Source: a virus
Virus record (IMG/VR): IMGVR_UViG_3300042566_001051
Location: 1-64,000 of that record
Direction: 5' to 3' (one strand)
DNA length: 64,000 bases
Shown here: positions 36,101-45,331 of the stretch, one piece after another
How the letters are laid out: every line of letters starts with the position of its first letter
Position numbering within the stretch: position 1 is the stretch's first letter
Notes under the pieces: generated by a model
What the model saw: the letters and a program-made list of their open reading frames with translations, nothing else
What the model was told of the DNA's origin: nothing
Database searches by the model: none
Program-made: the position numbers and the translations under genes

Positions 36101-37771
36101 TTACTTCAGGTTGGTGATGTTGATGAGTGCGCAGCCCAGCGAAGACGGGCCGTGCGGATTGACTGCCGTGAAGTTGCGGGCGTAGAAACCAGCGCCCTGC
36201 TTCAGGTCAGCCCCAACAGACAGCGGGATCACGGTCGGCGGAACGGCGTCGCCCAAAATGAACGGGTTGCGCGTCACGTCGGTAGCGCGGCCAACGCACA
36301 GAATTTGCGATGCGGTTTCGCTCTCGGTGATGCCCTTCGGGGTGTAATAGACCTCGAACCGGCCAAACAGGCGGCCGATGCGGAAGATGCCGGGACGCTC
36401 GGCGACGCCGGACGGCTCGAAAATCTCGCGCGGCAGCGACATGAACTGAGCGGCGACGTTCTTGCCGACGTACAGATGGGTGATACCGTGATTCATGGTA
36501 TCCAGCGCCATCTGCTGCGATGCGGCAGCCAGGACATGGCCGAAATCAAGCCAGAGCATCGCGCGGTTCATCTGCGGCGAACGTGCGGCCCACTCGAAGT
36601 CGTAATCAACTTGGTTGTTGGCGGCCAGGCGGCGAGCCTTAGCCAGAACCTCGTAGTGACGCTCATTGGCGAACTGCGCCTGAATGGCAATCACGCTCTC
36701 GCTGTACGGGTCGAGGCCCAATTCATTCGCCATCTGAGTACGGCTGTCGATGGTCTGGTGAGTGGTTACGCGCCAGGGCTTGGCGTGCAGCTTGTAGGTA
36801 TTGACCGCCGTGATGATCGAGGGGGTCAGTTCCGGGGCGCGCTCGTAGTCGATGAAGCCTTCAACGACGACCGGGATAGTGACGGGCATAGCCGGCGCAG
36901 TGGTCAGGGCATAGACGCCGGTATCGGTGTTGATGGTGCCGCCGATAACGTAGTTGGTGCCGGCGATGGTGATATTGCCGGACACGGGCGAGTTGCCGGA
37001 ACCGGTCGAATCAACTTCCTTGGCTGCCAGAACGCCATTCACATAAACCAGGGAGCGGCCACGCAACAGCTTGACGGCAGCAGCGCCGGCGTCGCAGGTT
37101 TCGTCGGTCGTCTGGATCGTGGTCAGCTTGCCGGTGACGGCGCCAGTATCGACAACCGGCATCGACTTGTTGATGCGGGACGAGGACACATAGGTATTGC
37201 CCGACAAGGAGCCGTCCATCAGCCCGCCCTCGGCATAGCGGCCGTAGGTATTGCCGGCGTTGTGGCTCATGATGGCAAGAACTGCCTCATTGGAACCGAT
37301 GTCGGCAGGCAGGTAGTGGGCGAACGGGATGGCATCGCCCATTGCGGAGAGAATTGCCACAATGGCGCGGTTCGGCTGCAATGCCAGGGCGTCGTGATGC
37401 GCGGAGCTTGCGGAGTCCAGGCTGAACTTGCGGCGCGCGGAGTCCGTGGTGGCAAAGGCCAGGTGCAGGGCTTGCTCGATCACGTCGGCAGGGGCTGCAA
37501 TGCCGTGCTGGGATTCGTAGGCGGAAACGCCATCGAGAATCGCGCGGGTGACGAGTGCTGCATCATCGCCCTTGGCTTCATCCAGAACGACTTGCAGGGT
37601 CTCGGGAACCTTGACGCCGGAATTCTGGTTGCTCGCGGTCGCAATGAAGTCTGCGGCAGCGGCGGAATCGAAGGTGCCAGCCTTGACGGCATTGTCCTTC
37701 AGGTTATCAACGAACTGGGCTACCTCGGCGGTTTCGCGCTTGAAGTAATCCTGGTGGATGCGCTTGGTCAT
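36101..37771 (-). CDS. Major capsid protein (P1 gp23-like)
   Basis: About 556 aa; strongly biased codons, strong RBS, own promoter; capsid-sheath-core order as in P1. Confidence 0.8.
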   Translation of the reverse strand: MTKRIHQDYFKRETAEVAQFVDNLKDNAVKAGTFDSAAAADFIATASNQNSGVKVPETLQVVLDEAKGDDAALVTRAILDGVSAYESQHGIAAPADVIEQALHLAFATTDSARRKFSLDSASSAHHDALALQPNRAIVAILSAMGDAIPFAHYLPADIGSNEAVLAIMSHNAGNTYGRYAEGGLMDGSLSGNTYVSSSRINKSMPVVDTGAVTGKLTTIQTTDETCDAGAAAVKLLRGRSLVYVNGVLAAKEVDSTGSGNSPVSGNITIAGTNYVIGGTINTDTGVYALTTAPAMPVTIPVVVEGFIDYERAPELTPSIITAVNTYKLHAKPWRVTTHQTIDSRTQMANELGLDPYSESVIAIQAQFANERHYEVLAKARRLAANNQVDYDFEWAARSPQMNRAMLWLDFGHVLAAASQQMALDTMNHGITHLYVGKNVAAQFMSLPREIFEPSGVAERPGIFRIGRLFGRFEVYYTPKGITESETASQILCVGRATDVTRNPFILGDAVPPTVIPLSVGADLKQGAGFYARNFTAVNPHGPSSLGCALINITNLK

Positions 37772-37834
37772 AATCGTGAGTCCTTTCGGAAAGTTCAAAC
37801 ACAAGAAACGCCGGCTGGTAGCCGACTTGTGTGT

Positions 37835-37875
37835 ATTCTGAAAGGCTGAAAACTGACCAAACGGGGCTTTTTCCG
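37835..37875 (-). promoter_or_regulatory. Putative late promoter (CGGAAAA-N28-CAGAAT) for the capsid operon
   Basis: Intergenic copy of the shared motif. Confidence 0.65.
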
Positions 37876-37896
37876 GGTTTGCTGCCCCGCCTCCGA

Positions 37897-38382
37897 CTAC
37901 GGCAAATCAAGGTCTCCGCGCCGGTTGCACACATACCGCGTCACGAATGGCGGGATATTGACGGTGGTCTCGGTGCCAACAACCTCATACGCCAGCCTCA
38001 CGTCATCCGACAGAACGAGGTAGATCACGTCTCGGTTGCGGATGTCGAAGAACCCAGGCATGCCGGACGGCTCTTCTGGCTCCACGAGAAAGCGGAATTC
38101 GGCGCCACTGCCGTTATTCGCATCCTGGCGATCCATCATCGGCGACGCCATGAACGCCTCTGCCTGCAATGCGTACCCGTTCCCAAGGTGGTCGTACTCG
38201 ACAGACTCTTCATCCTCGGAGTCCAGAACGCCAAGCCCGCCCATCGTTGGCAAGCCGCCGACGGGCTCGCCTCCGGTGCGCGTGACGCGCTTCCCGAATA
38301 CCTGGCACTCCCATGTATTCGGGTGGTTGATTACGACGTTGCGCGCCATGCGATTCACGGCGCTTGGTACATTAGTGAGCAT
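37897..38382 (-). CDS. Head-tail/neck protein candidate
   Basis: Morphogenesis operon; beta-rich head-closure-like pattern. Confidence 0.45.
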   Translation of the reverse strand: MLTNVPSAVNRMARNVVINHPNTWECQVFGKRVTRTGGEPVGGLPTMGGLGVLDSEDEESVEYDHLGNGYALQAEAFMASPMMDRQDANNGSGAEFRFLVEPEEPSGMPGFFDIRNRDVIYLVLSDDVRLAYEVVGTETTVNIPPFVTRYVCNRRGDLDLP

Positions 38383-38384
38383 GC

Positions 38385-39485
38385 CTATCCTTTCAGTGCT
38401 GCCATGATGTCTTCTGGCGCTTTGCCAAGACGGCGAAGCTGGGCGATCAGGTCTTCCGCCGTAATTTCCCCCTTGTCGATCTGGGCCTCAAGCCGCCTGG
38501 TCGCTGCCGGCTTCTTGGCTTTCGAGCGGGGCGCGGCTTTCACGGCCGCCTTTGCCACCCGGCGCTCTTTTGCCTTTGCGGCTTCGGCCTTGCGCTGGTC
38601 GCTGGTCTTGATCTTTGTCACACTCTTGGCGTCCGCCGCCTCTTCGGCTTCATTCTGTGCGGCCTGAATGCGTGCAGTGTTGTCGGCTGACGCCTGCAAC
38701 TTCTCCATGTACTTCTCAAGGAAGCGCAGCACGGCGTTCGACGACTCTATTTCCGTCATCACGCGCAGCACATGCTTACAAGCAACGCCCTTCAGCCCAG
38801 GATTGCGAATCTTCGGGAAGCCCCATTCCTGCCGGCCAGCAGCAAAACCACCGATGGTGGCGACGTAACGCAGGAAATAGCGATGCCGGCCGCAGTCGCA
38901 ATCGAATGACAGCTTCTGCTTCCTGAGCCAGTTGGCTACCTGCTTTGGTGACTTCCGGTCTTTTGCCTCGGTGGCGGCCAGCTTGTGACCGGCTTCATCG
39001 AAGGCGTTGAACATCACAACGACGTGGTGCCGTGTAACGTCAGAATCCTTTCCGGCGTTGGTGATGAATCGAACCATGCCGTTGTGAGCGGAAACTGGGA
39101 TGCCGGACGTAATTTCCTTGCGCGCCTTGTCAATGTCGCTCGACGCTTCGTTTGGGTTCGCCGACACATAGGACAGCGGCTGAGACGAAGCCATGTCGAT
39201 CACCTGGCGGGCTGTGATGCCTTTCCCGCCCTTGAATCTCGACTGCGCCATGCGCATGTTATGGCGGAACGTAGCCAGGTCGTCTGAAGTGATTCGACGC
39301 GAGCCTCCGCCTATGGTCGTCATGAGTACGCGATTTGCGTCCCATTCGCCCTGAACCTCCTGCTTGGTCAGGATTATCGACTTCGGCGACTTCTCAGCCT
39401 CTTCCCGCTGCTTCTTGTCGGCAGAAAAGCGGTCTTTCGCCTCGCCGACGTGGCCCTTTACCTTGCCAAGCCATGAATCGGCCAT
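38385..39485 (-). CDS. SWIM-like zinc-finger protein
   Basis: CDCGRHRY...RNPGLKGVACKH. Confidence 0.65.
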   Translation of the reverse strand: MADSWLGKVKGHVGEAKDRFSADKKQREEAEKSPKSIILTKQEVQGEWDANRVLMTTIGGGSRRITSDDLATFRHNMRMAQSRFKGGKGITARQVIDMASSQPLSYVSANPNEASSDIDKARKEITSGIPVSAHNGMVRFITNAGKDSDVTRHHVVVMFNAFDEAGHKLAATEAKDRKSPKQVANWLRKQKLSFDCDCGRHRYFLRYVATIGGFAAGRQEWGFPKIRNPGLKGVACKHVLRVMTEIESSNAVLRFLEKYMEKLQASADNTARIQAAQNEAEEAADAKSVTKIKTSDQRKAEAAKAKERRVAKAAVKAAPRSKAKKPAATRRLEAQIDKGEITAEDLIAQLRRLGKAPEDIMAALKG

Positions 39486-39488
39486 GCG

Positions 39489-39827
39489 TTACCCCTCAGC
39501 CCAGGTGGGCGCGTAGTCTTCTCGGTATCCTGGGATGGACTCAAAGCCAGTGCGGCGCTTGATGGCGTAAAGCTGCCCTTCATTCGGCAGAACAATGCGT
39601 TTCTGTGGCAGCGGCTGATCTACGGTATCAAGCCCAGCGGCGGCCATGACGGCAAGGAACTCGTCACGCCGGCCATATACGCGCTGCGATACCAGCGTCA
39701 GGTCGAAAGCCTCGTCTGGCTTTGTCTCATAGAAAATTGCCGTGGCGTCCCAGGGCTTGGTGCTCTCGGCGAATTTGCGCACCTCTCGGTAGAAGGACTT
39801 GGCCGCTCGGGTGTCTTTTTCGATCAT
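39489..39827 (-). CDS. Baseplate LysM/gp53-like protein
   Basis: DEAFDLTLVSQRVYG...VMAAAGL...IVLP. Confidence 0.65.
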   Translation of the reverse strand: MIEKDTRAAKSFYREVRKFAESTKPWDATAIFYETKPDEAFDLTLVSQRVYGRRDEFLAVMAAAGLDTVDQPLPQKRIVLPNEGQLYAIKRRTGFESIPGYREDYAPTWAEG

Positions 39828-39964
39828 TCCTGGTCACTTCCCACGATATACCTTGTGCCAGGTGTCCCAGAATTCAGCGGCGACATCAAGCGGAAGAACG
39901 ATCGCTTTCGTGATCGCCTTGATCCACGCGCCGGCGTACCAATGAGCAAGCATGTCAGTCCCTT

Positions 39965-40453
39965 TCAGATTGTGATGACGCCGCCACGGGTCAGGAAGCG
40001 GAACGATTCAGCCATCTTCACGGTGCGCTCAACCGTATCGGAGCGGGTCGCGTGCAGGCACGTCGCCAATGCGGCAATCTGCCCGCAGGTAACGCCCTCT
40101 GCAATGCGGTATTTCGGCCCGCCGGCGTCGATGCCGTCTTTCTCGATAGCCTGATCCGGGTTGGCTCGCGCGGCGCGGTCAGCGAAAGCGATGCGCGAAC
40201 TCTTGCCGTCGGCGGCGATGCCGGCCTTCAGGGAATAGAACGCCGATATGGCGCGCATCAGATCGGCATCGGTAAAGAGCTCGTCGCGCGGTATGTCCTG
40301 GTCGTTGGTCAGCACGATACAGCCAGCCCGGCGCTCGGTTCGATAATCCGCCTCAGCCCCGACAACCAGGACGCGGGCATCAGGGTCGTAGGCTGAAAAA
40401 AGGCTGCACGGGCGGCCGCCGTAGCCGGTGAAAGTAGCCTGAATCTGGATCAC
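39965..40453 (-). CDS. Hypothetical morphogenesis protein
   Basis: Coupled to the upstream gene in the late operon. Confidence 0.55.
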   Translation of the reverse strand: MIQIQATFTGYGGRPCSLFSAYDPDARVLVVGAEADYRTERRAGCIVLTNDQDIPRDELFTDADLMRAISAFYSLKAGIAADGKSSRIAFADRAARANPDQAIEKDGIDAGGPKYRIAEGVTCGQIAALATCLHATRSDTVERTVKMAESFRFLTRGGVITI

Positions 40454-41229
40454 AGGTCGCGCTCCCCATTGACGACGTATGGCCTGACGACGACGGAGCC
40501 GCCGTTATCACCGCTCTCCATGCTCTCGGCGTTGATTTCCTGCACAAGCGGATAGCCTGCCGGGTCTGCCGTGCCTGGCGTGCCCTTGCCGTCGTTCGGC
40601 TGCCCCTCGGCAGGCGCGTCGAACAGCGGGATTTCGGCCTTCAGGGTGATGTCAATGGCGAGGATGGTGAGATTCTTCGCCTCGGTCTGGATTGACATGG
40701 CCGGAGCGTCCGGCGACTCGACCTGTACCGGCCAATCCATCGGCTCGCCGGCGAAGTTGTATCGCGCCGTGAATCGTCGATTCGGCACGGCATCAAGGAA
40801 CAGCAGGAACTGAGCGGCAATGGAGCGGGCGGACGGCTCGTCATGGGCGAATATGCAAATCTGCGCCCGGATGTCACCGGCGACGGCGCGAACACCGAAA
40901 ACGCGCTCCTTGTCATCGCCGGGAATCATGACCATGACAGATTCAGCTACCTGGCGGGTGAAGTCTCGCCCTGTCGGCGTGTAATCCTTGGCCATTGCAA
41001 CGATGATGACTGGCATGTTCGCCGGCTTGGTTGCGGCGCTGTCCGTGTCGTTACGCTGCCAGCTTGAAAGCATGTCCTCGGCCGCGTCGATCATCCTGGA
41101 CGGCGCCCAAACAACACTCTTTGCCAGGCCGCGCGTGACGTACCCCTCCAATGCTTTGGTGGTTGGCACGATGGAGGCGTAAAAGCCCCCCATGTATTCG
41201 CCGAACGCGGCTTTGACTGGCTGGAGCAT
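40450..41229 (-). CDS. Tail terminator/completion protein candidate (P1 gp24-like)
   Basis: Size, NMPVIIVA motif, late operon. Confidence 0.45.
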   Translation of the reverse strand: MLQPVKAAFGEYMGGFYASIVPTTKALEGYVTRGLAKSVVWAPSRMIDAAEDMLSSWQRNDTDSAATKPANMPVIIVAMAKDYTPTGRDFTRQVAESVMVMIPGDDKERVFGVRAVAGDIRAQICIFAHDEPSARSIAAQFLLFLDAVPNRRFTARYNFAGEPMDWPVQVESPDAPAMSIQTEAKNLTILAIDITLKAEIPLFDAPAEGQPNDGKGTPGTADPAGYPLVQEINAESMESGDNGGSVVVRPYVVNGERDL

Positions 41230-41235
41230 TGGTAG

Positions 41236-42072
41236 TTACCGGGTGAATTTGCCCAACAGGCGGTCGTATAGCGGCGAGGAAGGCGCGGCATCTTCTGCCG
41301 GAGCGACGAAGGTGGGCAGATCGGCAGCCCGGAACAGCTTGGCGTCTCGGCTGATCCGGTCGGCGGAGCTGATCGAAACCGCTACCGGCAGAATTGATGC
41401 AGCATCAAGGACGGCAGATGGCTCAATGCCCTTCTTGGCGAGCATCGAGAGAAGCTGCTCGTTTTCCGATTGCAGGCGCTCAATCACGGCGCTCGTCGCG
41501 GAGCGCTCCGCATTGATGTTGTCCAGAATGGCGATCACGGCCTGAGCCTGCTCATCTTGCTCCGCCGCGTAAATGTCGTCGTAAGTCAGCGCGCCAACAT
41601 TCCCGCCCATCGCATCATCCAGTGCGATTCCACGGAATGAATTGTTCAGGTAGTTGGGCTGGGCAACATAGTCAAACCCGTAGAACTCCGGGCGAGACTG
41701 ATCTATCGCCGATGAAAACCCGCCCACCTTCTCTTCCCATAATTTGGCAGCAAGGCGGCCCGCTGCCGTATCGAGGAACTGGGCGCGGTGCTCAACGTTT
41801 CCGTCGTAGTCCGCCTTCAGGTAGGTGGTAACAATGGCCGGCTCGACCGGAGCATACTTACCGCCCTCGATACCGCCTTCGACTGGGGCCATGCCATAGC
41901 GGACGCGCGGAAGGTGCCCATAGAAGCCCAGCATCCCGCGCGACGCGACCATTTCCTGACACGCTGGGCCGTTGATGGCGTCACAAATGGCCTTAATGTT
42001 GAAATTACGATGCTGGCCGGTATGTTGCCGGCCGCGATCCTTGAGGTTGTAGCGGATAACCGGGGTTTCCAT
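41236..42072 (-). CDS. Prohead protease (P1 Pro / T4 gp21-like)
   Basis: LGFYGH, GGFSSA and GFDYVAQPNY catalytic motifs; AAGGAG RBS. Confidence 0.85.
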   Translation of the reverse strand: METPVIRYNLKDRGRQHTGQHRNFNIKAICDAINGPACQEMVASRGMLGFYGHLPRVRYGMAPVEGGIEGGKYAPVEPAIVTTYLKADYDGNVEHRAQFLDTAAGRLAAKLWEEKVGGFSSAIDQSRPEFYGFDYVAQPNYLNNSFRGIALDDAMGGNVGALTYDDIYAAEQDEQAQAVIAILDNINAERSATSAVIERLQSENEQLLSMLAKKGIEPSAVLDAASILPVAVSISSADRISRDAKLFRAADLPTFVAPAEDAAPSSPLYDRLLGKFTR

Positions 42073-42104
42073 CGTGCGAACTCCTTGTGAATAGGTGCTC
42101 GCAC

Positions 42105-42146
42105 AATCTTCGCACTCCACTACATGCCAATCATTGCCATTTTCCG
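42105..42146 (-). promoter_or_regulatory. Putative late promoter (CGGAAAA-N29-AAGATT) for the protease operon
   Basis: Shared motif overlapping the HNH 3' end; -10 is weak. Confidence 0.45.
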
Positions 42147-42827
42147 CGCTTGCACCGCTTCATCCAGGGTATCGAACGTGCCGACGCAAACTTGCCTGCC
42201 GCCCTTGGTGTAGTAGGCGCGGAACCGGCCTCTGCGCACCCATACGCCCGGCTCACCCGTGCCTTTCTTGCGCTCAAGTCGCTCCGGTATGGCGGAAGGC
42301 TCTTCAAGCGTGCCGAATGGGTGCGTATCACGCTTGGCCTTCAGGTATGCAGCCTCTGCCTCTTCTGCTGTTGCGTAGCTGCCAAGGTATTTCCGCTTGC
42401 CGCCGGACTGGATCATCACGACGAACCGGCCCCGCTTGGTCAGGCTTACCCCAAGGATTCCAGCCTTGTTGTTCCAGTGCGCCTTGCGCTGGTTTTGAAG
42501 GTTCTCATCCCTGAGAGCTTTTCGCAGGTTTGCGATCCGGTTGTCAGCCTTGTTGCCGTTGATGTGGTCAAGCTCTACGGGCCACTCGCCGTAGTAATGG
42601 AGCCAAGCGAGTTGATGGGCTTGGTATCGTCTGCCGAATAATGCGATGCGGACATAGCCTGTGGATGACACTCCGCCGGCATCGGCCCCTGATTTTGCGG
42701 CACCCATGCTTTTCAGCCAGACGAACCTACCTGTATCGGGACAGTACCCAAGCGTCTTGCGCAAGACTTCTGCGGTCAACGTTAATTTATCGTCGAAAGT
42801 CGGCGCTGGCGGGACAGTGGTTTTCAT
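42120..42827 (-). CDS. HNH homing endonuclease with two AP2-like domains
   Basis: AHQLAWLHYYG...LDHINGNKADNRIANLR; YLGSYATAEEA and CVGTFDTLDEA. Confidence 0.92.
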   Translation of the reverse strand: MKTTVPPAPTFDDKLTLTAEVLRKTLGYCPDTGRFVWLKSMGAAKSGADAGGVSSTGYVRIALFGRRYQAHQLAWLHYYGEWPVELDHINGNKADNRIANLRKALRDENLQNQRKAHWNNKAGILGVSLTKRGRFVVMIQSGGKRKYLGSYATAEEAEAAYLKAKRDTHPFGTLEEPSAIPERLERKKGTGEPGVWVRRGRFRAYYTKGGRQVCVGTFDTLDEAVQARKMAMIGM

Positions 42828-43042
42828 TTACCGTTCGATACATCAGGCCACGGCTCGTTTCGCAGCAGGTAGTTTTGCTCAAAGCCTTCGATTTTGAAGG
42901 TGAAGTCGCTCGGAATGTCTCTTGGCTCAATGGCTTTGATTGAGTCGTAAAATCCTTTTAGATAAAGGTAATTTGGCGACTTTCTGTTGGCAAAAATATC
43001 TAATAGCCGCTTGTTTCTGCGATTTTGTTTGGCTCGTTTCAT
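42824..43042 (-). CDS. Small protein carrying a diverged copy of the tail tube N-terminus
   Basis: YLKGFYD..KA......SDFTF.IEGFEQNYLL...PWP matches 28859-29359; 4-bp overlaps with both neighbours. Confidence 0.7.
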   Translation of the reverse strand: MKRAKQNRRNKRLLDIFANRKSPNYLYLKGFYDSIKAIEPRDIPSDFTFKIEGFEQNYLLRNEPWPDVSNGK

Positions 43043-43506
43043 TTTTCGCCCCGCCTGTTGCTAGCAAGAAAACTTTTCCCGCTGCTTACAGTTGCCTCGA
43101 CATCACGAAGTTGCCTAACCGTAATAAATTCGCTTCCATTCCCAAAAACAACAACAGAATCATCGGCACTCTCAAGATGTCCATTTAGAAATCTCGCAAA
43201 TGGCCCCATGACCTCAATCGCTGTTGCGTAGTTTTCATTGGCAATCGCAACAGCCCTTGAAAGCTCCGATTTTTGTCGTTCCTGGTCAGCCTGCATGCTG
43301 TCATAAAAATTCCCTTCTATGACTTCATAGTGTCTGCTCTCCAACAGATCAATAGCTGATTTGACTTGGCTATCTGGAGCGTTGATGAACATTGAAACCG
43401 CTCGCCTGATTAGCTCGCTTACCGGAACCCCTGTTTCGAGCGACATGGTTTTCAGCGCATCAAGCATGGGCTGAGGATAGTAGAAGTTCGTGCGCTTCAT
43501 TTTCAT
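43039..43506 (-). CDS. Ribbon-helix-helix regulator with C-terminal extension
   Basis: MKRTNFYYPQPMLDALKTMSLETGVPVSELIRRAV. Confidence 0.8.
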   Translation of the reverse strand: MKMKRTNFYYPQPMLDALKTMSLETGVPVSELIRRAVSMFINAPDSQVKSAIDLLESRHYEVIEGNFYDSMQADQERQKSELSRAVAIANENYATAIEVMGPFARFLNGHLESADDSVVVFGNGSEFITVRQLRDVEATVSSGKSFLASNRRGEK

Positions 43507-43766
43507 TCTTTGCTTTCTTTGCGCTCTTTTAAGTCGTTGGGCGTCTTCGCGCGCTTTGCGATCATGCGAAGTATCTTCTTCCCGTACTTGTATTTTAGTC
43601 TCCAAAACGTGTCCTTATCTGCATCACTAATGAGGCCGCCTTTGTCCACGCACGCATCGCAAATCGAAATCCAAGCATTACACCACTCGTCATTTTGTCC
43701 AGATCCCTCCCAGAACGAAATGATATTTTCAATCTCGTTACCTGTAAGTTCTTTTATTTCACTCAT
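43503..43766 (-). CDS. Hypothetical protein (AT-rich cassette)
   Basis: First ORF after the cassette promoter; 4-bp overlap with the RHH gene. Confidence 0.6.
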   Translation of the reverse strand: MSEIKELTGNEIENIISFWEGSGQNDEWCNAWISICDACVDKGGLISDADKDTFWRLKYKYGKKILRMIAKRAKTPNDLKERKESKE

Positions 43767-43795
43767 TTTTCATCCAGTCTCTCTTAACATCCCGC

Positions 43796-43826
43796 TTAAT
43801 ATGTGCCATATCATAGCACATATTAA
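43796..43826 (-). promoter_or_regulatory. Palindromic operator over an extended -10 promoter
   Basis: TTAATATGTGC-N9-GCACATATTAA; TGC-TATGAT on the - strand. Confidence 0.6.
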
Positions 43827-45331
43827 ACGTCGGCAAACAAGCTCTCGGCACGAGACACAACGCTTTCTGCCAGGCTTCCGCTGAACCCGGCCCCACCCTC
43901 GCAAATCATGTAGGTGGCGTCCTCAAGGAACATGAAGCAGATCGCATCGAACAAGTCAGGCGACGGCAGGCCCATCTTCCGCATTTCGTCCTTCCGCTCG
44001 ATCACGTAGCGCGCTTTCTCGTCAAAGTGGAACGGAACCCGGCTCATCTGATCCAATAGCTCTTTCACCCACGGGCCGTCGGCAATACCAAGCCGCCCCT
44101 CCTTGGCGGCCCGCGCGGCATGCACCATCGCTTGCGCCCGCAGGTTGAAAAACCGCTCCTTGTTGCGCTGCTTGAAGCATGGCGCTCCCCATTTCACGCG
44201 CTTAACCTCTGGCAGCCCCATGCTTTCCAGCGCCTGGCAGACAGCAACGCCCATGCCGCCGGCGTCAACCAGCGTCGTGACGTTCTCCAATTCGCTTGCC
44301 GTATTGAAGATCGCCCCGGAAAAGTCTTGCAGGTTGCGCGTATTGGAATTGATCGGCACGCCTACAATCTGAACGCGGCGAGCGTCCGGCCCAAAATCGC
44401 TATGCCCTGTCACATGAGCGACAATGGCGACGGACTTGTCGCGGTACTCCCCAGCCCCCACGTCGCACGAAAGCATGATGCCGTAGCTTTCCCCTTGCTG
44501 AATTACCTTGCGCCCGATGCAGGCTTCGGCGGCCTTTCTGCCCAGCAGGTAGTCATCACGCGACTCGGGGAATTCGCCTAGCACCTTGATGGTGTATTCC
44601 TCTTCGGTGTATTCCTGCTTCTTTTCCTCGATGAAAGCCTTGGAAACCAGCGGCGAATCGTTCGAATCCATGCGTATCGCGTTCCATACACCGCCGTTGT
44701 GCATCGCCAGCTTGTTGTGGGTGTCGTAGAAGAACCCGGACGGTCTGGTGGGCTGCGAAAGCATCAGCATCCGGTTTCTGGCGTCCGTCAGCGCGCCCGT
44801 GATAACGGCGTAGTTCGGGTCTGGGATGCCGGATGCCTCGTCGGCAATCACCAGATACCAATCCCGGTGCATGCCGGCCAGATTCTCAGGGTTTCCGCGC
44901 GGCGCCGTCTTGGCGAAGACGAACCATGTCTGCTTGAAGCCCTTCACATAGACGCGCTCCGCCTCAAATGTGACGTAATCAGCAATCCACGACTGCCCGC
45001 CCTTGCTTCGGATCAGGTCAAGCACATCGGCCATTTCCTTCCATGCCACGTTGCGCACCTGTTCGATCTTCGGCGCGGTAATCATCGTGTTGGATTTCGG
45101 GTAGCACAACAGATGCCACAGGGCGATAACGGCCAATGATCGAGACTTTCCTGAGCCGTGGCCGCTTCGAACGGATGTCCGACTGCCTGGCGGAGATACC
45201 GAATCCAGCAATTCAAGCTGCTGGTGGGTCGGCATCATCCCGACCACCTCGGCGGCAAACCTCGCCAGGCTGAATGCGTACCTTGCGGCAAACGGTAGAT
45301 AGCGCGGGTCATCAAGCAGCCTCATTGCCAT
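43823..45331 (-). CDS. Terminase large subunit (P1 PacB-like)
   Basis: SGHGSGKS Walker A, VIADEASG Walker B, SCDVGAG, SPDLFDA. Confidence 0.95.
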   Translation of the reverse strand: MAMRLLDDPRYLPFAARYAFSLARFAAEVVGMMPTHQQLELLDSVSPPGSRTSVRSGHGSGKSRSLAVIALWHLLCYPKSNTMITAPKIEQVRNVAWKEMADVLDLIRSKGGQSWIADYVTFEAERVYVKGFKQTWFVFAKTAPRGNPENLAGMHRDWYLVIADEASGIPDPNYAVITGALTDARNRMLMLSQPTRPSGFFYDTHNKLAMHNGGVWNAIRMDSNDSPLVSKAFIEEKKQEYTEEEYTIKVLGEFPESRDDYLLGRKAAEACIGRKVIQQGESYGIMLSCDVGAGEYRDKSVAIVAHVTGHSDFGPDARRVQIVGVPINSNTRNLQDFSGAIFNTASELENVTTLVDAGGMGVAVCQALESMGLPEVKRVKWGAPCFKQRNKERFFNLRAQAMVHAARAAKEGRLGIADGPWVKELLDQMSRVPFHFDEKARYVIERKDEMRKMGLPSPDLFDAICFMFLEDATYMICEGGAGFSGSLAESVVSRAESLFADV

